Origin: a virus
Virus record (IMG/VR): IMGVR_UViG_3300044632_001218
Direction: 5' to 3' (one strand)
DNA length: 64,000 bases
A program made the translations under genes and the position numbers. The notes under the pieces are model-generated. The model saw only the letters and a list, made by a program, of their open reading frames with translations. It was not told where the DNA came from and searched no databases. Positions within the stretch are counted from its first letter, which is position 1; each line of letters starts with the position of its first letter. This document shows, in pieces, positions 1-10,582 of this stretch.

Positions 1-1
1 A

Positions 2-1255
2 AGCAAAAGTGGAGCTAAGATCACTGCCCTTCAGCATGTGGATGAATTACCTGATTATTATTCTAAACTAAAAAAAATTGAAAAAGTCAAAGAAGGAAGT
101 TTACATCAGTGGTTTAGTGGTTCTAAAGATAAGAGTGGAAAACCTGGATGGGTTAATGTTGTAACTGGAGATAGTTGTGCCAGTGACAAACCTGGAGAAG
201 GTGTTCCAAAGTGCGTTTCTTCTTCTAAAAGAGCAAGTATGTCTCCAGAAGAAAGACGTTCTGCAGCAGCAAGGAAAAGAAGAGCAGATCCTGGACAACA
301 GGAAAAGTCTGGTGCTTCAAAACCAACTTATGTTTCTACAGATAGTCCAAAAAAAATGAAAGAAGAGGTTATTTCGGAAAAAGACAACAAAGGCAAAGGA
401 AGTGGTAAAAAGGATGCTTGCTATCATAAAGTAAAAGCAAGATTCAAAGTTTGGCCAAGTGCATATGCTTCTGGAGCACTTGTAAAATGTCGCCAAGCAG
501 GTGCTAAAAATTGGGGCAATAAATCAGAGAATGTAGAACAGCAGTATGAAGAGGACACAAAGTATTGTCTGCTTTGTAGAAAGAATGAAAAAAGAGAAGA
601 ATGTTCATATGGTCCTATGATGTGGGACAGATATACAATTGCTAAGATTCATCCAGCAAATGAATCTAAAGTTTATGAAAGTCATAAAGAAATTGCTTCT
701 GGTAAGATGAAAGATGAAGAAGGATATATGGCAAATATTGAGATGGACAAAATTGAAAGGTCTGTTCAAATTTTAAGAAAAATTGTTAAAAGTCCAAATA
801 TGCAACTTCCTGCTTGGGTTCAATCAAAAATTACCAGAGCAGCAGATTTTATTGATACTGCAGCAGAATACTTATCAAGTGATGAAGAAGTTTCTGAAGC
901 ATGTTGGACAGGATACAAGCAAGTTGGAATGAAGAAAAAAGGAAAGAAGATGGTTCCTAACTGTGTTCCTGCAAATGAAGATGCTTGTCGTTCTTTCTCA
1001 CAATTTATGCAACTTACAGAAGTTGCTGCATGGCAAAGAAAAGAAGGAAAGAATCCTAAGGGAGGATTGAATGAGAAGGGAAGAAAATCTTATGAAGCAG
1101 AAAATCCTGGCAGCAATCTACAAGCACCTCAACCAGAGGGTGGACCTCGTAAAAGATCATTCTGTGCTCGTATGGGAGGAATGCCTGGTCCTATGAAAGA
1201 TGAAAAAGGAAGACCTACAAGAAAAGCATTAGCACTCAGAAAGTGGGCATGTTGA
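2..1255 (+). CDS. Modular cyanophage hypothetical protein, 5'-truncated; probable internal head/virion protein
   Basis: Frame is open from base 2 (SKSGAKITALQHVDELPDYYSKLKK), so the ORF-track start at 38 (GTG) is not the true start. Basic modules (KKDACYHKVK..WPSAYASGALVKCR; CWTGYKQVGMKKK..VPNCVP; AAWQRKEGKNPKGGLN) are separated by acidic xxE linkers. Confidence 0.75.
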   Translation, partial: SKSGAKITALQHVDELPDYYSKLKKIEKVKEGSLHQWFSGSKDKSGKPGWVNVVTGDSCASDKPGEGVPKCVSSSKRASMSPEERRSAAARKRRADPGQQEKSGASKPTYVSTDSPKKMKEEVISEKDNKGKGSGKKDACYHKVKARFKVWPSAYASGALVKCRQAGAKNWGNKSENVEQQYEEDTKYCLLCRKNEKREECSYGPMMWDRYTIAKIHPANESKVYESHKEIASGKMKDEEGYMANIEMDKIERSVQILRKIVKSPNMQLPAWVQSKITRAADFIDTAAEYLSSDEEVSEACWTGYKQVGMKKKGKKMVPNCVPANEDACRSFSQFMQLTEVAAWQRKEGKNPKGGLNEKGRKSYEAENPGSNLQAPQPEGGPRKRSFCARMGGMPGPMKDEKGRPTRKALALRKWAC

Positions 1256-1256
1256 T

Positions 1257-1571
1257 ATGAAATCATACAAACAGTTTCTTTCAGAGAGTATTACTATTCA
1301 AGGTGACTTTAATGGAACTTTGAACATTGGATCTCAACCAACTCCACAAAAAGTTGGAGAAGAATTTGCTGTAGATTTTGTTTGGCAAGGCAGCATCTAC
1401 AGAGTGGAGATGGTAACTAATGATGGAATCCCATCAAAGAATAAATTAACAGAGCATCTTCAGAATGAATATCCTGGAGCAATCATTCATAACATTTATC
1501 CATCAACTCCCAGGTCTTCAAACATTACAAAGGTAAATAGGTATCATCCAGCAAAATTGGAATGGATTTGA
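1257..1571 (+). CDS. Hypothetical protein with capsid-targeting-like N-terminus (MKSYKQFLSE)
   Basis: 104-aa ORF; N-terminus resembles the T4 internal-protein capsid-targeting sequence (CTS) MKTYQEFIAE. Confidence 0.75.
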   Translation: MKSYKQFLSESITIQGDFNGTLNIGSQPTPQKVGEEFAVDFVWQGSIYRVEMVTNDGIPSKNKLTEHLQNEYPGAIIHNIYPSTPRSSNITKVNRYHPAKLEWI

Positions 1572-1574
1572 TTT

Positions 1575-2900
1575 ATGGCTATTTGGAATATAACAACACA
1601 AGATTATTTAAATCAAGAAAGATCTCTATTTGAAGTTTATAATGTAGCAACAAGAGATGGTGAGCAAGTTACAATTGATAATCCATTTCCAGTTACTTTT
1701 CCTCCCATAGCAACTGATGCATTTGGCAGATTGAGAACTTCTATTCCACTTACATTATTTGATTCATCTCACAGATATAGAGATAATAATCTTTGGAGTA
1801 GTTTAGTTGTTGGTACTGGTTCTACAGTAGGATTTGTAACAACACAAGGTTTAGTCAATATTGGAATAGGAACTACTGCTGGATGTTCTGTGATTAGGGA
1901 AACCACAAAAGTATTCTCTTATCAACCAGGAAAATCATTACAGGTATTGAATACATTTATAATGAACCCAGCAAAAGCAAATCTTCTTCAAAGAGTAGGG
2001 TACTTTGGTGCAGATAATGGAATGTATTTAGAACTTGATGGAGATACTTTATATTTTGCGGAAAGAAGTTTATCTACTGGAACAACAACAAAAATTTCGC
2101 AACATAACTGGAATATTGACACAATGCTTGGTGCAGGACACTTAAATCCATCAGGTGTCACATTAGATATTTCCAAAGCACAAATCTTATGGATGGATAT
2201 TGAATGGTTAGGACTTGGAACAGTAAGAATGGGTTTTGTAATTGATGGAAAATTTATTCATTGTCATTCATTTCATCATGCAAACATAATTGAATCAACT
2301 TATATTACAACAGCATCACTTCCAGTAAGATATGAGATTGCCAATACTGGAATAACTACGAGTGTAAGTAATCTTAAACAGGTTTGTTCTACAGTTATTT
2401 CAGAAGGTGGTTATGAACTTAGTGGAATACAGCAGGCAGTGGGAATTGCAGTCACAACACCAAAAACTCTTACAACTCAGGGAACTTTTTATCCTATCAT
2501 TAGTTTACGTCTTAAAACATCACCAAATTTTTTGGATGCAATTGTAATTCTCACGGCACTTTCAGTAATGCCAGTTGCTACAGGTTATTACAATTGGCAG
2601 ATTAGAGCATCTGGCACTACTAGTGGAGGAAATTGGGTAAGTGCTGGTGTTGATAGTGCTGTGGATTATAACATTACTGGAACTTCTTACACTGGTGGAA
2701 GAATACTTGGAAGTGGATTTTTTAGTGCTTCAAATCAAGGAACAACTCAAATTGATATTCTCAAAGAAGCACTCTTTAAGTTTCAGTTGGAAAGAAATGG
2801 ACTAACATCAACACCTTTTGAAATTTCTCTTGTTGTTGCTTCTAATGCTAATAATAATACAGTACTTGCTTCAATGGACTGGGAAGAGATTAGTAGGTAA
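1575..2900 (+). CDS. Hypothetical, probable virion structural protein (G/T/S-rich, beta-rich)
   Basis: 441-aa ORF immediately upstream of terminase; composition typical of structural proteins. Confidence 0.7.
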   Translation: MAIWNITTQDYLNQERSLFEVYNVATRDGEQVTIDNPFPVTFPPIATDAFGRLRTSIPLTLFDSSHRYRDNNLWSSLVVGTGSTVGFVTTQGLVNIGIGTTAGCSVIRETTKVFSYQPGKSLQVLNTFIMNPAKANLLQRVGYFGADNGMYLELDGDTLYFAERSLSTGTTTKISQHNWNIDTMLGAGHLNPSGVTLDISKAQILWMDIEWLGLGTVRMGFVIDGKFIHCHSFHHANIIESTYITTASLPVRYEIANTGITTSVSNLKQVCSTVISEGGYELSGIQQAVGIAVTTPKTLTTQGTFYPIISLRLKTSPNFLDAIVILTALSVMPVATGYYNWQIRASGTTSGGNWVSAGVDSAVDYNITGTSYTGGRILGSGFFSASNQGTTQIDILKEALFKFQLERNGLTSTPFEISLVVASNANNNTVLASMDWEEISR

Positions 2901-2905
2901 TAATT

Positions 2906-4564
2906 ATGGCTGATAATATTTACTTAGGTAATCCCCTTTTAAAAAAGGCAAATACTGCAATTGAATTTACACAAGATCAGATTCTTGAATTTATCAAGTG
3001 CAAAAGTGATCCTGTATATTTTGCAAAAAATTATGTACAGATTGTAACCTTGGATCATGGTCTTCAACCATTTAAACCATATGACTTCCAAGAAAAATTA
3101 ATTACAAATTTTCATAACAATAGATTTAACATTTGTAAGATGCCTCGCCAAACAGGCAAATCTACAACTGTTGTATCTTATTTGCTTCATTATGCCATCT
3201 TTAATGATAATGTAAATATTGCTATTCTTGCAAACAAAGCATCAACTGCAAGAGATTTGTTATCAAGATTACAAACTGCATATGAAAACCTTCCCAAATG
3301 GTTGCAACAAGGCATCCTAGCTTGGAACAAAGGTTCTATGGAACTTGAGAATGGTTCAAAGATTCTTGCTGCTTCTACCTCAGCATCTGCAGTTAGAGGT
3401 GGTTCTTATAACATCATCTTCCTTGATGAATTTGCATTCGTTCAAAACCATCTTGCAGATGACTTCTTTGCATCTGTATATCCTACCATTTCTTCTGGAC
3501 AATCTACAAAAGTTATTATAGTTTCTACCCCACACGGTATGAATCATTTCTACCGTTTGTGGCATGATGCAGAAAGGGGAAAAAATGAATACATTCCAAC
3601 AGATGTTCACTGGTCAGAAGTTCCAGGAAGAGATGCAAAGTGGAAAGAACAAACCATTGCCAACACTTCTGAACAGCAGTTTAAAATTGAGTTTGAGTGT
3701 GAATTTTTAGGATCTGTTGATACTCTAATTGCACCAAGTAAACTGAAGAGTTTGGTATATGATGCTCCAGTCAAAAGAAATAAAGGATTGGATGTTTATG
3801 AAAATTCAACTCCAGACAAAGATTATGTAATTACTGTTGATGTGGCAAGAGGTGTTGGTAGTGACTATTCTGCTTTTGTAGTTTTTGATATAACTACATT
3901 CCCACATAAAATTGTAGCAAAGTATAGGAATAATGAAATAAAACCTATGCTTTTTCCCAACATCATTTATGATGTGGCAAAAAATTATAACAGTGCATTT
4001 ATTTTATGTGAAGTAAATGATGTTGGCGATCAGGTGGCAGCAATTATTCAATATGATTTGGAGTATCAAAATCTTCTTATGTGCTCTATGCGAGGTAGAG
4101 CAGGTCAAATTGTGGGTCAAGGATTTTCTGGAAAGAAAACACAACTTGGATTAAAAATGTCCAAGACAGTCAAGAAGGTTGGATGTCTTAATCTCAAAAC
4201 AATGATTGAGGAAGATAAACTAATCTTTAATGACTATGAAATTATCAGTGAGTTAACCACATTCATTCAGAAACACAATTCCTTTGAGGCAGAGGAGGGA
4301 TGTAATGATGATTTGGCAATGTGCCTTGTAATCTATGCTTGGTTGGTTGCACAGGACTATTTCAAAGAACTTACAGAGCAAGATGTTAGGAAACGTTTAT
4401 ATGAAGAACAAAAAAATCAAATAGAACAAGACATGGCACCATTTGGATTTGTCCTTACTGGTGTGGATGATGAACCTATAGTAGATACTGATGGTGATGT
4501 TTGGCACACTGATGAATATGGAGATAGGTCACATGAATTCTCTTATATGTGGGAATACAGGTAA
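2906..4564 (+). CDS. gp17: Terminase large subunit (T4 gp17)
   Basis: Walker A MPRQTGKSTT, Walker B IIFLDEFAF, RNase-H-like nuclease motifs (VDVARG, DDLAM). Confidence 0.97.
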   Translation: MADNIYLGNPLLKKANTAIEFTQDQILEFIKCKSDPVYFAKNYVQIVTLDHGLQPFKPYDFQEKLITNFHNNRFNICKMPRQTGKSTTVVSYLLHYAIFNDNVNIAILANKASTARDLLSRLQTAYENLPKWLQQGILAWNKGSMELENGSKILAASTSASAVRGGSYNIIFLDEFAFVQNHLADDFFASVYPTISSGQSTKVIIVSTPHGMNHFYRLWHDAERGKNEYIPTDVHWSEVPGRDAKWKEQTIANTSEQQFKIEFECEFLGSVDTLIAPSKLKSLVYDAPVKRNKGLDVYENSTPDKDYVITVDVARGVGSDYSAFVVFDITTFPHKIVAKYRNNEIKPMLFPNIIYDVAKNYNSAFILCEVNDVGDQVAAIIQYDLEYQNLLMCSMRGRAGQIVGQGFSGKKTQLGLKMSKTVKKVGCLNLKTMIEEDKLIFNDYEIISELTTFIQKHNSFEAEEGCNDDLAMCLVIYAWLVAQDYFKELTEQDVRKRLYEEQKNQIEQDMAPFGFVLTGVDDEPIVDTDGDVWHTDEYGDRSHEFSYMWEYR

Positions 4565-4575
4565 AAGGAGAAATT

Positions 4576-4583
4576 TATAAATA
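4576..4583 (+). promoter_or_regulatory. T4-type late promoter TATAAATA (gp18)
   Basis: Exact T4 gp55 late consensus in the intergenic gap upstream of the sheath gene. Confidence 0.85.
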
Positions 4584-4619
4584 CTTGTAGAGCAAAATGA
4601 AGCATTTAGAGGAGTCAAA

Positions 4620-6776
4620 ATGGCGTTAGGCTTAGCATCTCCAGGTATTAAAGTAAAAGAACTTGATTTGACAAGAGGTGGGATTACAAATACTACTTCA
4701 ATCTCAGCAGGAATTGCAGCACCTTTTGCAAAAGGTCCTGTCAACCAAGTAGTTACTATTGCAAATGAAAACGATCTTGTAAATGTCTTTGGAAAACCAT
4801 CTTCCAATAACTATCATTATGAGTATTGGTATTCAGCATCTAATTTCCTGTCATATGGCGGAAGTTTGAAGGTAGTTAGATGTGGTGGAACTGAGTTAAA
4901 AAATGCTAATGCTGGCGTTGGTGTAGCATCAACTGCAACAGTAAGTATTGATAATTACGAGGATTATCAAGGAACTTCTTTAACTTCAGCATACTGGGCA
5001 GCAAAGAATCAAGGTTCTTGGGCAGAAGGAATTAAAGTTTGTGTAATTGACAACTTTGCAGACCAAACTCTTACAGGAATTAACACCACAGGAATTTCTG
5101 TTGGATTTGGTGTTACTCAACCTTTAAGTGGTATTGTTCCTGGAGTTGGAACTACTTCAACAGCATCTGGACACCTCAAGGGAATCATTACTGGCATTGG
5201 CGCATCTTTAGTTCATGTAAAAGTCCTCTCAACAGTATCTGGTGCTACTGAAACTAATCAAGAATATACTGAAAATGGAATTTATGCCTTTGCAGCATCT
5301 TCTTTAGTTGTAGTAAACAACTCAGGAGCAAATATTTCTACAGCAACTCCTTCTGCAACACAAGATTGGTATAACAATCAAAACCTTTTAGATACTGCAA
5401 ATGGTGATTACACCACAATTTCTTGGAGAAGTGTTGCACCAAAACCAAGAACAAATGCATATGTAACAGAAAGAAATGGTGGTAATGATTCTTTCCATAT
5501 AGTAGTTGTTGATAGTAAAAAAGTAGGAAACATTACAGGAAACCCACAAGCACTACTTGAAAAATTCCTCAATCTTTCCAAAGCAACTGACACTAAAGTT
5601 TCTCCATCTGAAAATGTTTACTACAAAGATTATCTTGCATTAAATTCACAATTCATTTATGCAGGAAAATCAATAGGAAATGATGATGATGCATATTGGA
5701 ATGTAACTCCAGTATCAGTTAAATTTACTTCTGCATTCACACCACAGTCAGTTAATTCTGGTGATTGGGAAGTAGCAGCAGAAAATGTAACTTTTAGTTC
5801 AGTTGGAAATGTTTCTTACACTTTAACTGGAGGTAAAGATTATAGTGGATCTGGTAATGTTGGGGGATTTGCTGCAACCCTGTCAGATTTTACAACTGCT
5901 TATGACAAACTTGCTAATGCAGATGAAGTTCCTCTTAACTTCTTGCTTCAAGGTGGAACTTCATTAGGAAAGGAACAAGAGCAAGCAAAAGCAAACAAAC
6001 TGATTAGTATTGCAGAATCAAGAAAAGATTGTATGGCATTCATCTCACCATACAGAGATGGAGTTGTTAATGTCTCTTCTGCTGCTACTCAACTTCAAAA
6101 TGTCTTATCATTCTTTAGTCCACTGACTTCTTCATCTTATGCAGTGTTTGATAGTGGATATCAATATGTGTATGATAGATTTAATCAGCAGTTTGTTTAT
6201 ATGCCATGTTCAGCAGATGTTGCTGGGCTTTGTGCAAGGACTGATATTGACCAATTCCCCTGGTATTCACCTGCAGGAAAGTCTAGAGGTTCTCTGAAGT
6301 TTACTATCAAACTTGCATACAACCCAGACCAAAACGCAAGAGACCAACTGTATTCACAAAGAGTAAATCCAGTTATCTCTTCTCCTGGATCAGGAATCAT
6401 TCTCTTTGGTGATAAAACTGCACTCTCATATCAATCTGCATTTGATAGAATCAATGTTAGAAGATTGTTCATCACTATTGAACAAGCAATTAAAGGGGCA
6501 GCAGATGCTCAACTCTTTGAGTTTAATGATGCAAGCACAAGAGCAAACTTCATTAATATTGTTGAACCATACTTAAGAGATGTACAAGTTAAGAGAGGAA
6601 TCACTGACTTCCTCTTAGTTTGTGATGAAACAAACAACACCCCTGATGTAATTGATAGAAATGAGTTTATTGCTGACATCTATGTGAAACCTGCAAGATC
6701 AATTAACTTTATTGGTCTTACATTTATTGCTACCAGGACTGGGGTTTCATTTGAATCCATTGTAGGCACAGTTTAA
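4620..6776 (+). CDS. gp18: Tail sheath protein (gp18)
   Basis: N-terminal SPGIKVKELDLT, C-terminal FDRINVRRLF...KPARSINFI; position after gp17. Confidence 0.97.
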   Translation: MALGLASPGIKVKELDLTRGGITNTTSISAGIAAPFAKGPVNQVVTIANENDLVNVFGKPSSNNYHYEYWYSASNFLSYGGSLKVVRCGGTELKNANAGVGVASTATVSIDNYEDYQGTSLTSAYWAAKNQGSWAEGIKVCVIDNFADQTLTGINTTGISVGFGVTQPLSGIVPGVGTTSTASGHLKGIITGIGASLVHVKVLSTVSGATETNQEYTENGIYAFAASSLVVVNNSGANISTATPSATQDWYNNQNLLDTANGDYTTISWRSVAPKPRTNAYVTERNGGNDSFHIVVVDSKKVGNITGNPQALLEKFLNLSKATDTKVSPSENVYYKDYLALNSQFIYAGKSIGNDDDAYWNVTPVSVKFTSAFTPQSVNSGDWEVAAENVTFSSVGNVSYTLTGGKDYSGSGNVGGFAATLSDFTTAYDKLANADEVPLNFLLQGGTSLGKEQEQAKANKLISIAESRKDCMAFISPYRDGVVNVSSAATQLQNVLSFFSPLTSSSYAVFDSGYQYVYDRFNQQFVYMPCSADVAGLCARTDIDQFPWYSPAGKSRGSLKFTIKLAYNPDQNARDQLYSQRVNPVISSPGSGIILFGDKTALSYQSAFDRINVRRLFITIEQAIKGAADAQLFEFNDASTRANFINIVEPYLRDVQVKRGITDFLLVCDETNNTPDVIDRNEFIADIYVKPARSINFIGLTFIATRTGVSFESIVGTV

Positions 6777-6796
6777 TTTAATCAGGAGAAACTAAA

Positions 6797-7432
6797 ATGG
6801 CTTTAACTTTTAACGATAGAAGTATTGATGCTTTTAAATCAAGACTAAGAGGTGGTGGTGCTCGTAGCAACTTATTTGAAGTAAGTTTTGGTCAAGAGCA
6901 AACTGGATCACCAGCAGCAACTACATTAGATTCCTCAATTACACAAGGACTTGATTTTAATGATACTGATTTAATGATGATCAAGGCAGCAGGTCTTCCA
7001 GCTTCAAATATCACAGAAATTCCAGTTCCATTTAGAGGGAGAACCCTTAAAATTGCTGGTGATAGAACCTTTGACATTTGGACCATCACTGTTATCAATG
7101 ACACAGACTTCAAGTGGAGAAGTTTCTTTGAAAGATGGGTAAATTATATTGTCAAAGTTAATGATGGATCTGGTTCAATTAATCCAGCAGAGTATATGTG
7201 TGATATGAATGTTGTTCAACTTTCAAGAGGTCCTGCAACTCCACCAAATCAAAGAAACACTAATAGCATTGAAGTTTTAAGAAAGTATATTGTTAAGCAC
7301 GTATTTCCAACTGCAGTTTCTACTATTGACCTTTCTTATAATAATGAAAATGAAATTGAAGAGTTTACAGTAGACCTTCAGGTTCAATACTGGGAAGCTT
7401 TGACTGGATCAGGAGCTCCAGATATCGTCTAA
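6797..7432 (+). CDS. gp19: Tail tube protein (gp19)
   Basis: GGGARSNLFEV, PFRGRTLKIAGDRTF..WTITV motifs; synteny. Confidence 0.95.
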   Translation: MALTFNDRSIDAFKSRLRGGGARSNLFEVSFGQEQTGSPAATTLDSSITQGLDFNDTDLMMIKAAGLPASNITEIPVPFRGRTLKIAGDRTFDIWTITVINDTDFKWRSFFERWVNYIVKVNDGSGSINPAEYMCDMNVVQLSRGPATPPNQRNTNSIEVLRKYIVKHVFPTAVSTIDLSYNNENEIEEFTVDLQVQYWEALTGSGAPDIV

Positions 7433-7458
7433 ATACTTTTACAGTTTAAAATTATACT

Positions 7459-9147
7459 ATGCCAAAGCTTTTTGGATTTTCTATTGAAGATAAGCCAGAA
7501 TTACCTAAAGGTGCCATATCCCCTGTCCCCGAAAATAACGAGGATGGGGTTGATTACTATATTACATCTGGTTTTTATGGACAATATGTAGATATTGAAG
7601 GTGTATTCAGGAATGAATATGACTTGATTAAAAGATATCGTGAAATGTCACTGCACCCAGAGTGTGATAGTGCGATTGAAAATGTTGTTAATGAAGCAAT
7701 TATAAGTGACTTAAATGATTCTCCAGTAGAAATTGAATTAAGTAACTTAAATGCAAGTGATGGACTAAAAAAAATTATTAGAGAAGAATTTAAATACGTA
7801 AAAGATTTGATGGACTTTGATAAAAAGTCTCATGAAATTTTTAGAAATTGGTATGTTGATGGTCGCTTAATTTATCATAAAGTAATTGATTTAAAGAAAC
7901 CAGAAGAAGGTATTAAAGATATCAGAAGTATAGACCCCCTCAAAATAAAATTTATGAGGGTGGAAAGAAGAACTGGTAAGGAAGCTGGTATGTCTTTTGT
8001 TCCAGATACAAAAAATAAAGATGCTTTTATAGAACCAGAAATTGATGAGTATTTCATTTATTTTCCAGATGCCACAGTTCAAAAATATGCTTCATCTGGA
8101 AAAGGAATTCAAATTGCAAGAGATGCAATAACTTTTGTAACATCAGGTCTTGTAGATAGAAATAGAAAACTTACACTTTCATATCTACATAAAGCAATCA
8201 AAGCTCTCAATCAACTTAGAATGATTGAAGATGCTTTGGTCATTTACAGACTTTCAAGAGCACCAGAAAGAAGAATTTTTTACATTGATGTTGGCAACCT
8301 CCCTAAGGTAAAGGCAGAGCAATACCTTAGAGATGTCATGAACAGGTATAGAAACAAACTCGTTTATGATGCCAACACTGGCGAAATGCGTGATGATAAA
8401 AAGTTCATGAGTATGATGGAAGACTTTTGGCTTCCAAGAAGAGAGGGGGGAAGAGGAACTGAAATCACCACGCTTCCTGGTGGACAAAATCTTGGTGAAC
8501 TTGCTGATATTCATTATTTCCAAAAGAAACTGTTTAGAGCACTCAATGTTCCTGAGTCAAGAACTGCCTCTGATGGGGGATTTAATTTAGGACGTTCATC
8601 TGAAATTCTTCGTGATGAATTGATGTTTAGTAAGTTTATTGGAAGATTGAGAAAGAGATTCTGTCATTTATTTCATGATATGCTCAAGACTCAATTGATT
8701 CTCAAAAATATCGTTACCCCACAAGATTGGGAAAAAATGAGCGATCATATTCAGTATGATTATCTTTATGATAGTCATTTTACTGAATTAAAAGATAGTG
8801 AATTGATGAATGAAAGATTGAATCTTGCTGCAGCAATTCAACCTTATATTGGAACTTATTATTCTAAGGATTATGTAAGAAGGAAAATTCTGAGACAAAC
8901 TGACCAAGAAATTGTAGACCAGAATAGATTAATTGATAAGGAAATTAAAAATGGTGATTATGCCAATCCCAAAGAAAATCCTCCTGTGGGACCAAATGGT
9001 TCACCAATTTTACCAATAACACAAGACCAACAAATGCAAATGTTAGGTCAAGTTCCAATGGAACCTGGACTTGAAGGACAAAGTTCTTCTGTTGATGCTG
9101 AAGCACAATCCGCAACCAATATTAACACCAAAGCAGCAAAAATATAA
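7459..9147 (+). CDS. gp20: Portal vertex protein (gp20)
   Basis: YRLSRAPERRIFYIDVGNLPK, EDFWLPRREGGRGTEITTLPGG signature. Confidence 0.98.
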   Translation: MPKLFGFSIEDKPELPKGAISPVPENNEDGVDYYITSGFYGQYVDIEGVFRNEYDLIKRYREMSLHPECDSAIENVVNEAIISDLNDSPVEIELSNLNASDGLKKIIREEFKYVKDLMDFDKKSHEIFRNWYVDGRLIYHKVIDLKKPEEGIKDIRSIDPLKIKFMRVERRTGKEAGMSFVPDTKNKDAFIEPEIDEYFIYFPDATVQKYASSGKGIQIARDAITFVTSGLVDRNRKLTLSYLHKAIKALNQLRMIEDALVIYRLSRAPERRIFYIDVGNLPKVKAEQYLRDVMNRYRNKLVYDANTGEMRDDKKFMSMMEDFWLPRREGGRGTEITTLPGGQNLGELADIHYFQKKLFRALNVPESRTASDGGFNLGRSSEILRDELMFSKFIGRLRKRFCHLFHDMLKTQLILKNIVTPQDWEKMSDHIQYDYLYDSHFTELKDSELMNERLNLAAAIQPYIGTYYSKDYVRRKILRQTDQEIVDQNRLIDKEIKNGDYANPKENPPVGPNGSPILPITQDQQMQMLGQVPMEPGLEGQSSSVDAEAQSATNINTKAAKI

Positions 9148-9150
9148 ATA
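9143..9150 (+). promoter_or_regulatory. Late promoter TATAAATA
   Basis: Exact consensus overlapping the gp20 stop codon. Confidence 0.8.
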
Positions 9151-9175
9151 CTTCTATAAACTTTGAGGATTTTTT

Positions 9176-9355
9176 ATGGATTCTGATAATGATTTGTTGA
9201 GTATCTTAATGACTGATAATTCTGCAGAAAAAGTTTCTGATAAAATTAAGGAACTTCTTTATGCAAAATCTGCAGAAAAAATTAATTCATTGAGACCAGT
9301 TGTGGCACAATCTATGTTTGGTGATGCCCAATATCAAGAAACAGAGGGAGATTGA
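9176..9355 (+). CDS. Small acidic protein between gp20 and gp21 (position of T4 gp67/68 core genes); missing from ORF track
   Basis: Translated by hand: MDSDNDLLSILMTDNSAEKVSDKIKELLYAKSAEKINSLRPVVAQSMFGDAQYQETEGD (59 aa); GAGG RBS; TGA overlaps the next ATG. Confidence 0.75.
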   Translation: MDSDNDLLSILMTDNSAEKVSDKIKELLYAKSAEKINSLRPVVAQSMFGDAQYQETEGD

Positions 9356-9876
9356 TGGCTTTAAAAATTGCACAAGTAGTACCTACATTAGCAGTTGTTT
9401 CTGGAGTAACAACCAGCACAGCATTTGAATTAACTTCTGGATACTTGAGATTAACCTCAAGTGTTGGATGTAATGTTGTTGTTGGTTCAAATCCATCAGC
9501 ATCAACTAATGATTTTTATCTGGCACCAAATGAATCAGAAATTATAAAAGAAAAAGTTGCCAGACAAAAAATTGTAGGTATTACTACTGGGTCTTCTACC
9601 ATTATAAATTTGGGTCATAATAATGGAAATCCATTTGTTGTTGGTGATTATGTAACTATTGCAGGTTCTGTTGGTATCAACACCTCCCACAATGAAGTGA
9701 CAGCAATTGCTGAAAATATTGCCAATACAACTATTACAATTAATTACAATAGTTCTGCTGTTGGTGTTCCAACAATTACAAGTGCATATGTTTCAAAAAG
9801 TGTAAAAGTGTCTGCAGCAGCAACTACTTCAGGTTCTTTATACATTACAGAAGTTCAAATAGCATCACAGGCATAA
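9355..9876 (+). CDS. Hypothetical, probable virion protein
   Basis: ATG at 9355 coupled to the upstream stop; T/S/G/V-rich. Confidence 0.7.
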   Translation: MALKIAQVVPTLAVVSGVTTSTAFELTSGYLRLTSSVGCNVVVGSNPSASTNDFYLAPNESEIIKEKVARQKIVGITTGSSTIINLGHNNGNPFVVGDYVTIAGSVGINTSHNEVTAIAENIANTTITINYNSSAVGVPTITSAYVSKSVKVSAAATTSGSLYITEVQIASQA

Positions 9877-9880
9877 TCAA

Positions 9881-10531
9881 ATGAAACTCATCACGGAAGA
9901 AATAGAATCAGTAGAAATCATCAAAGAAGAAAAGGATGGTAAACAATCCCTGTATATTACAGGACCTTTTCTTCAAGCTGAAATCACTAATAGAAATGGC
10001 AGATGTTATCCATTTCCAATTCTTGAACGTGAAGTAAAAAGGTACACTGATAACTTCATCAAAAATGGTCGTGCTCTTGGAGAACTTGGCCATCCAGATG
10101 GTCCTACAGTAAATCTTGATAGAGTTTCTCATATGATTACTGCCCTCACGGCAGAAGGAAATAATTTTGTAGGAAAGGCAAAAATTCTTGATACTCCTAT
10201 GGGCAACATTGCCAAATCTCTTTTGGATGAGGGTGTTAAGCTTGGGGTTTCTTCCAGAGGACTTGGTTCTATGGTAGAAAAAAATGGAGTAAAATATGTT
10301 GGTGAAGATTTTATGTTAGCAACTGCTGCTGATATTGTTGCAGATCCTTCTGCTCCTGATGCTTTTGTTCAGGGAATTATGGAAGGTAAAGAGTGGGTTT
10401 GGGAAGGTGGTATTCTTAAAGAAAAAGCAGCAGAAAATACAAGAAGAAGAATTGAATTATATTCAAAACAGAGAAAATTGAGTGAGCAGAAAAAACTTAA
10501 ACTTCTGAATGATTATCTCACAAATCTGTAA
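9881..10531 (+). CDS. gp21: Prohead protease (gp21)
   Basis: NRNGRCYP, ALGELGHP, GVSSRGLGS, DIVADPSAPDAFV motifs. Confidence 0.97.
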   Translation: MKLITEEIESVEIIKEEKDGKQSLYITGPFLQAEITNRNGRCYPFPILEREVKRYTDNFIKNGRALGELGHPDGPTVNLDRVSHMITALTAEGNNFVGKAKILDTPMGNIAKSLLDEGVKLGVSSRGLGSMVEKNGVKYVGEDFMLATAADIVADPSAPDAFVQGIMEGKEWVWEGGILKEKAAENTRRRIELYSKQRKLSEQKKLKLLNDYLTNL

Positions 10532-10533
10532 TT

Positions 10534-10541
10534 TATAAATA
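10534..10541 (+). promoter_or_regulatory. Late promoter TATAAATA (gp22)
   Basis: Exact consensus, intergenic. Confidence 0.85.
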
Positions 10542-10582
10542 AATATAGAATAAATCAAAGATTTTTTATTCGGAGTATACAA

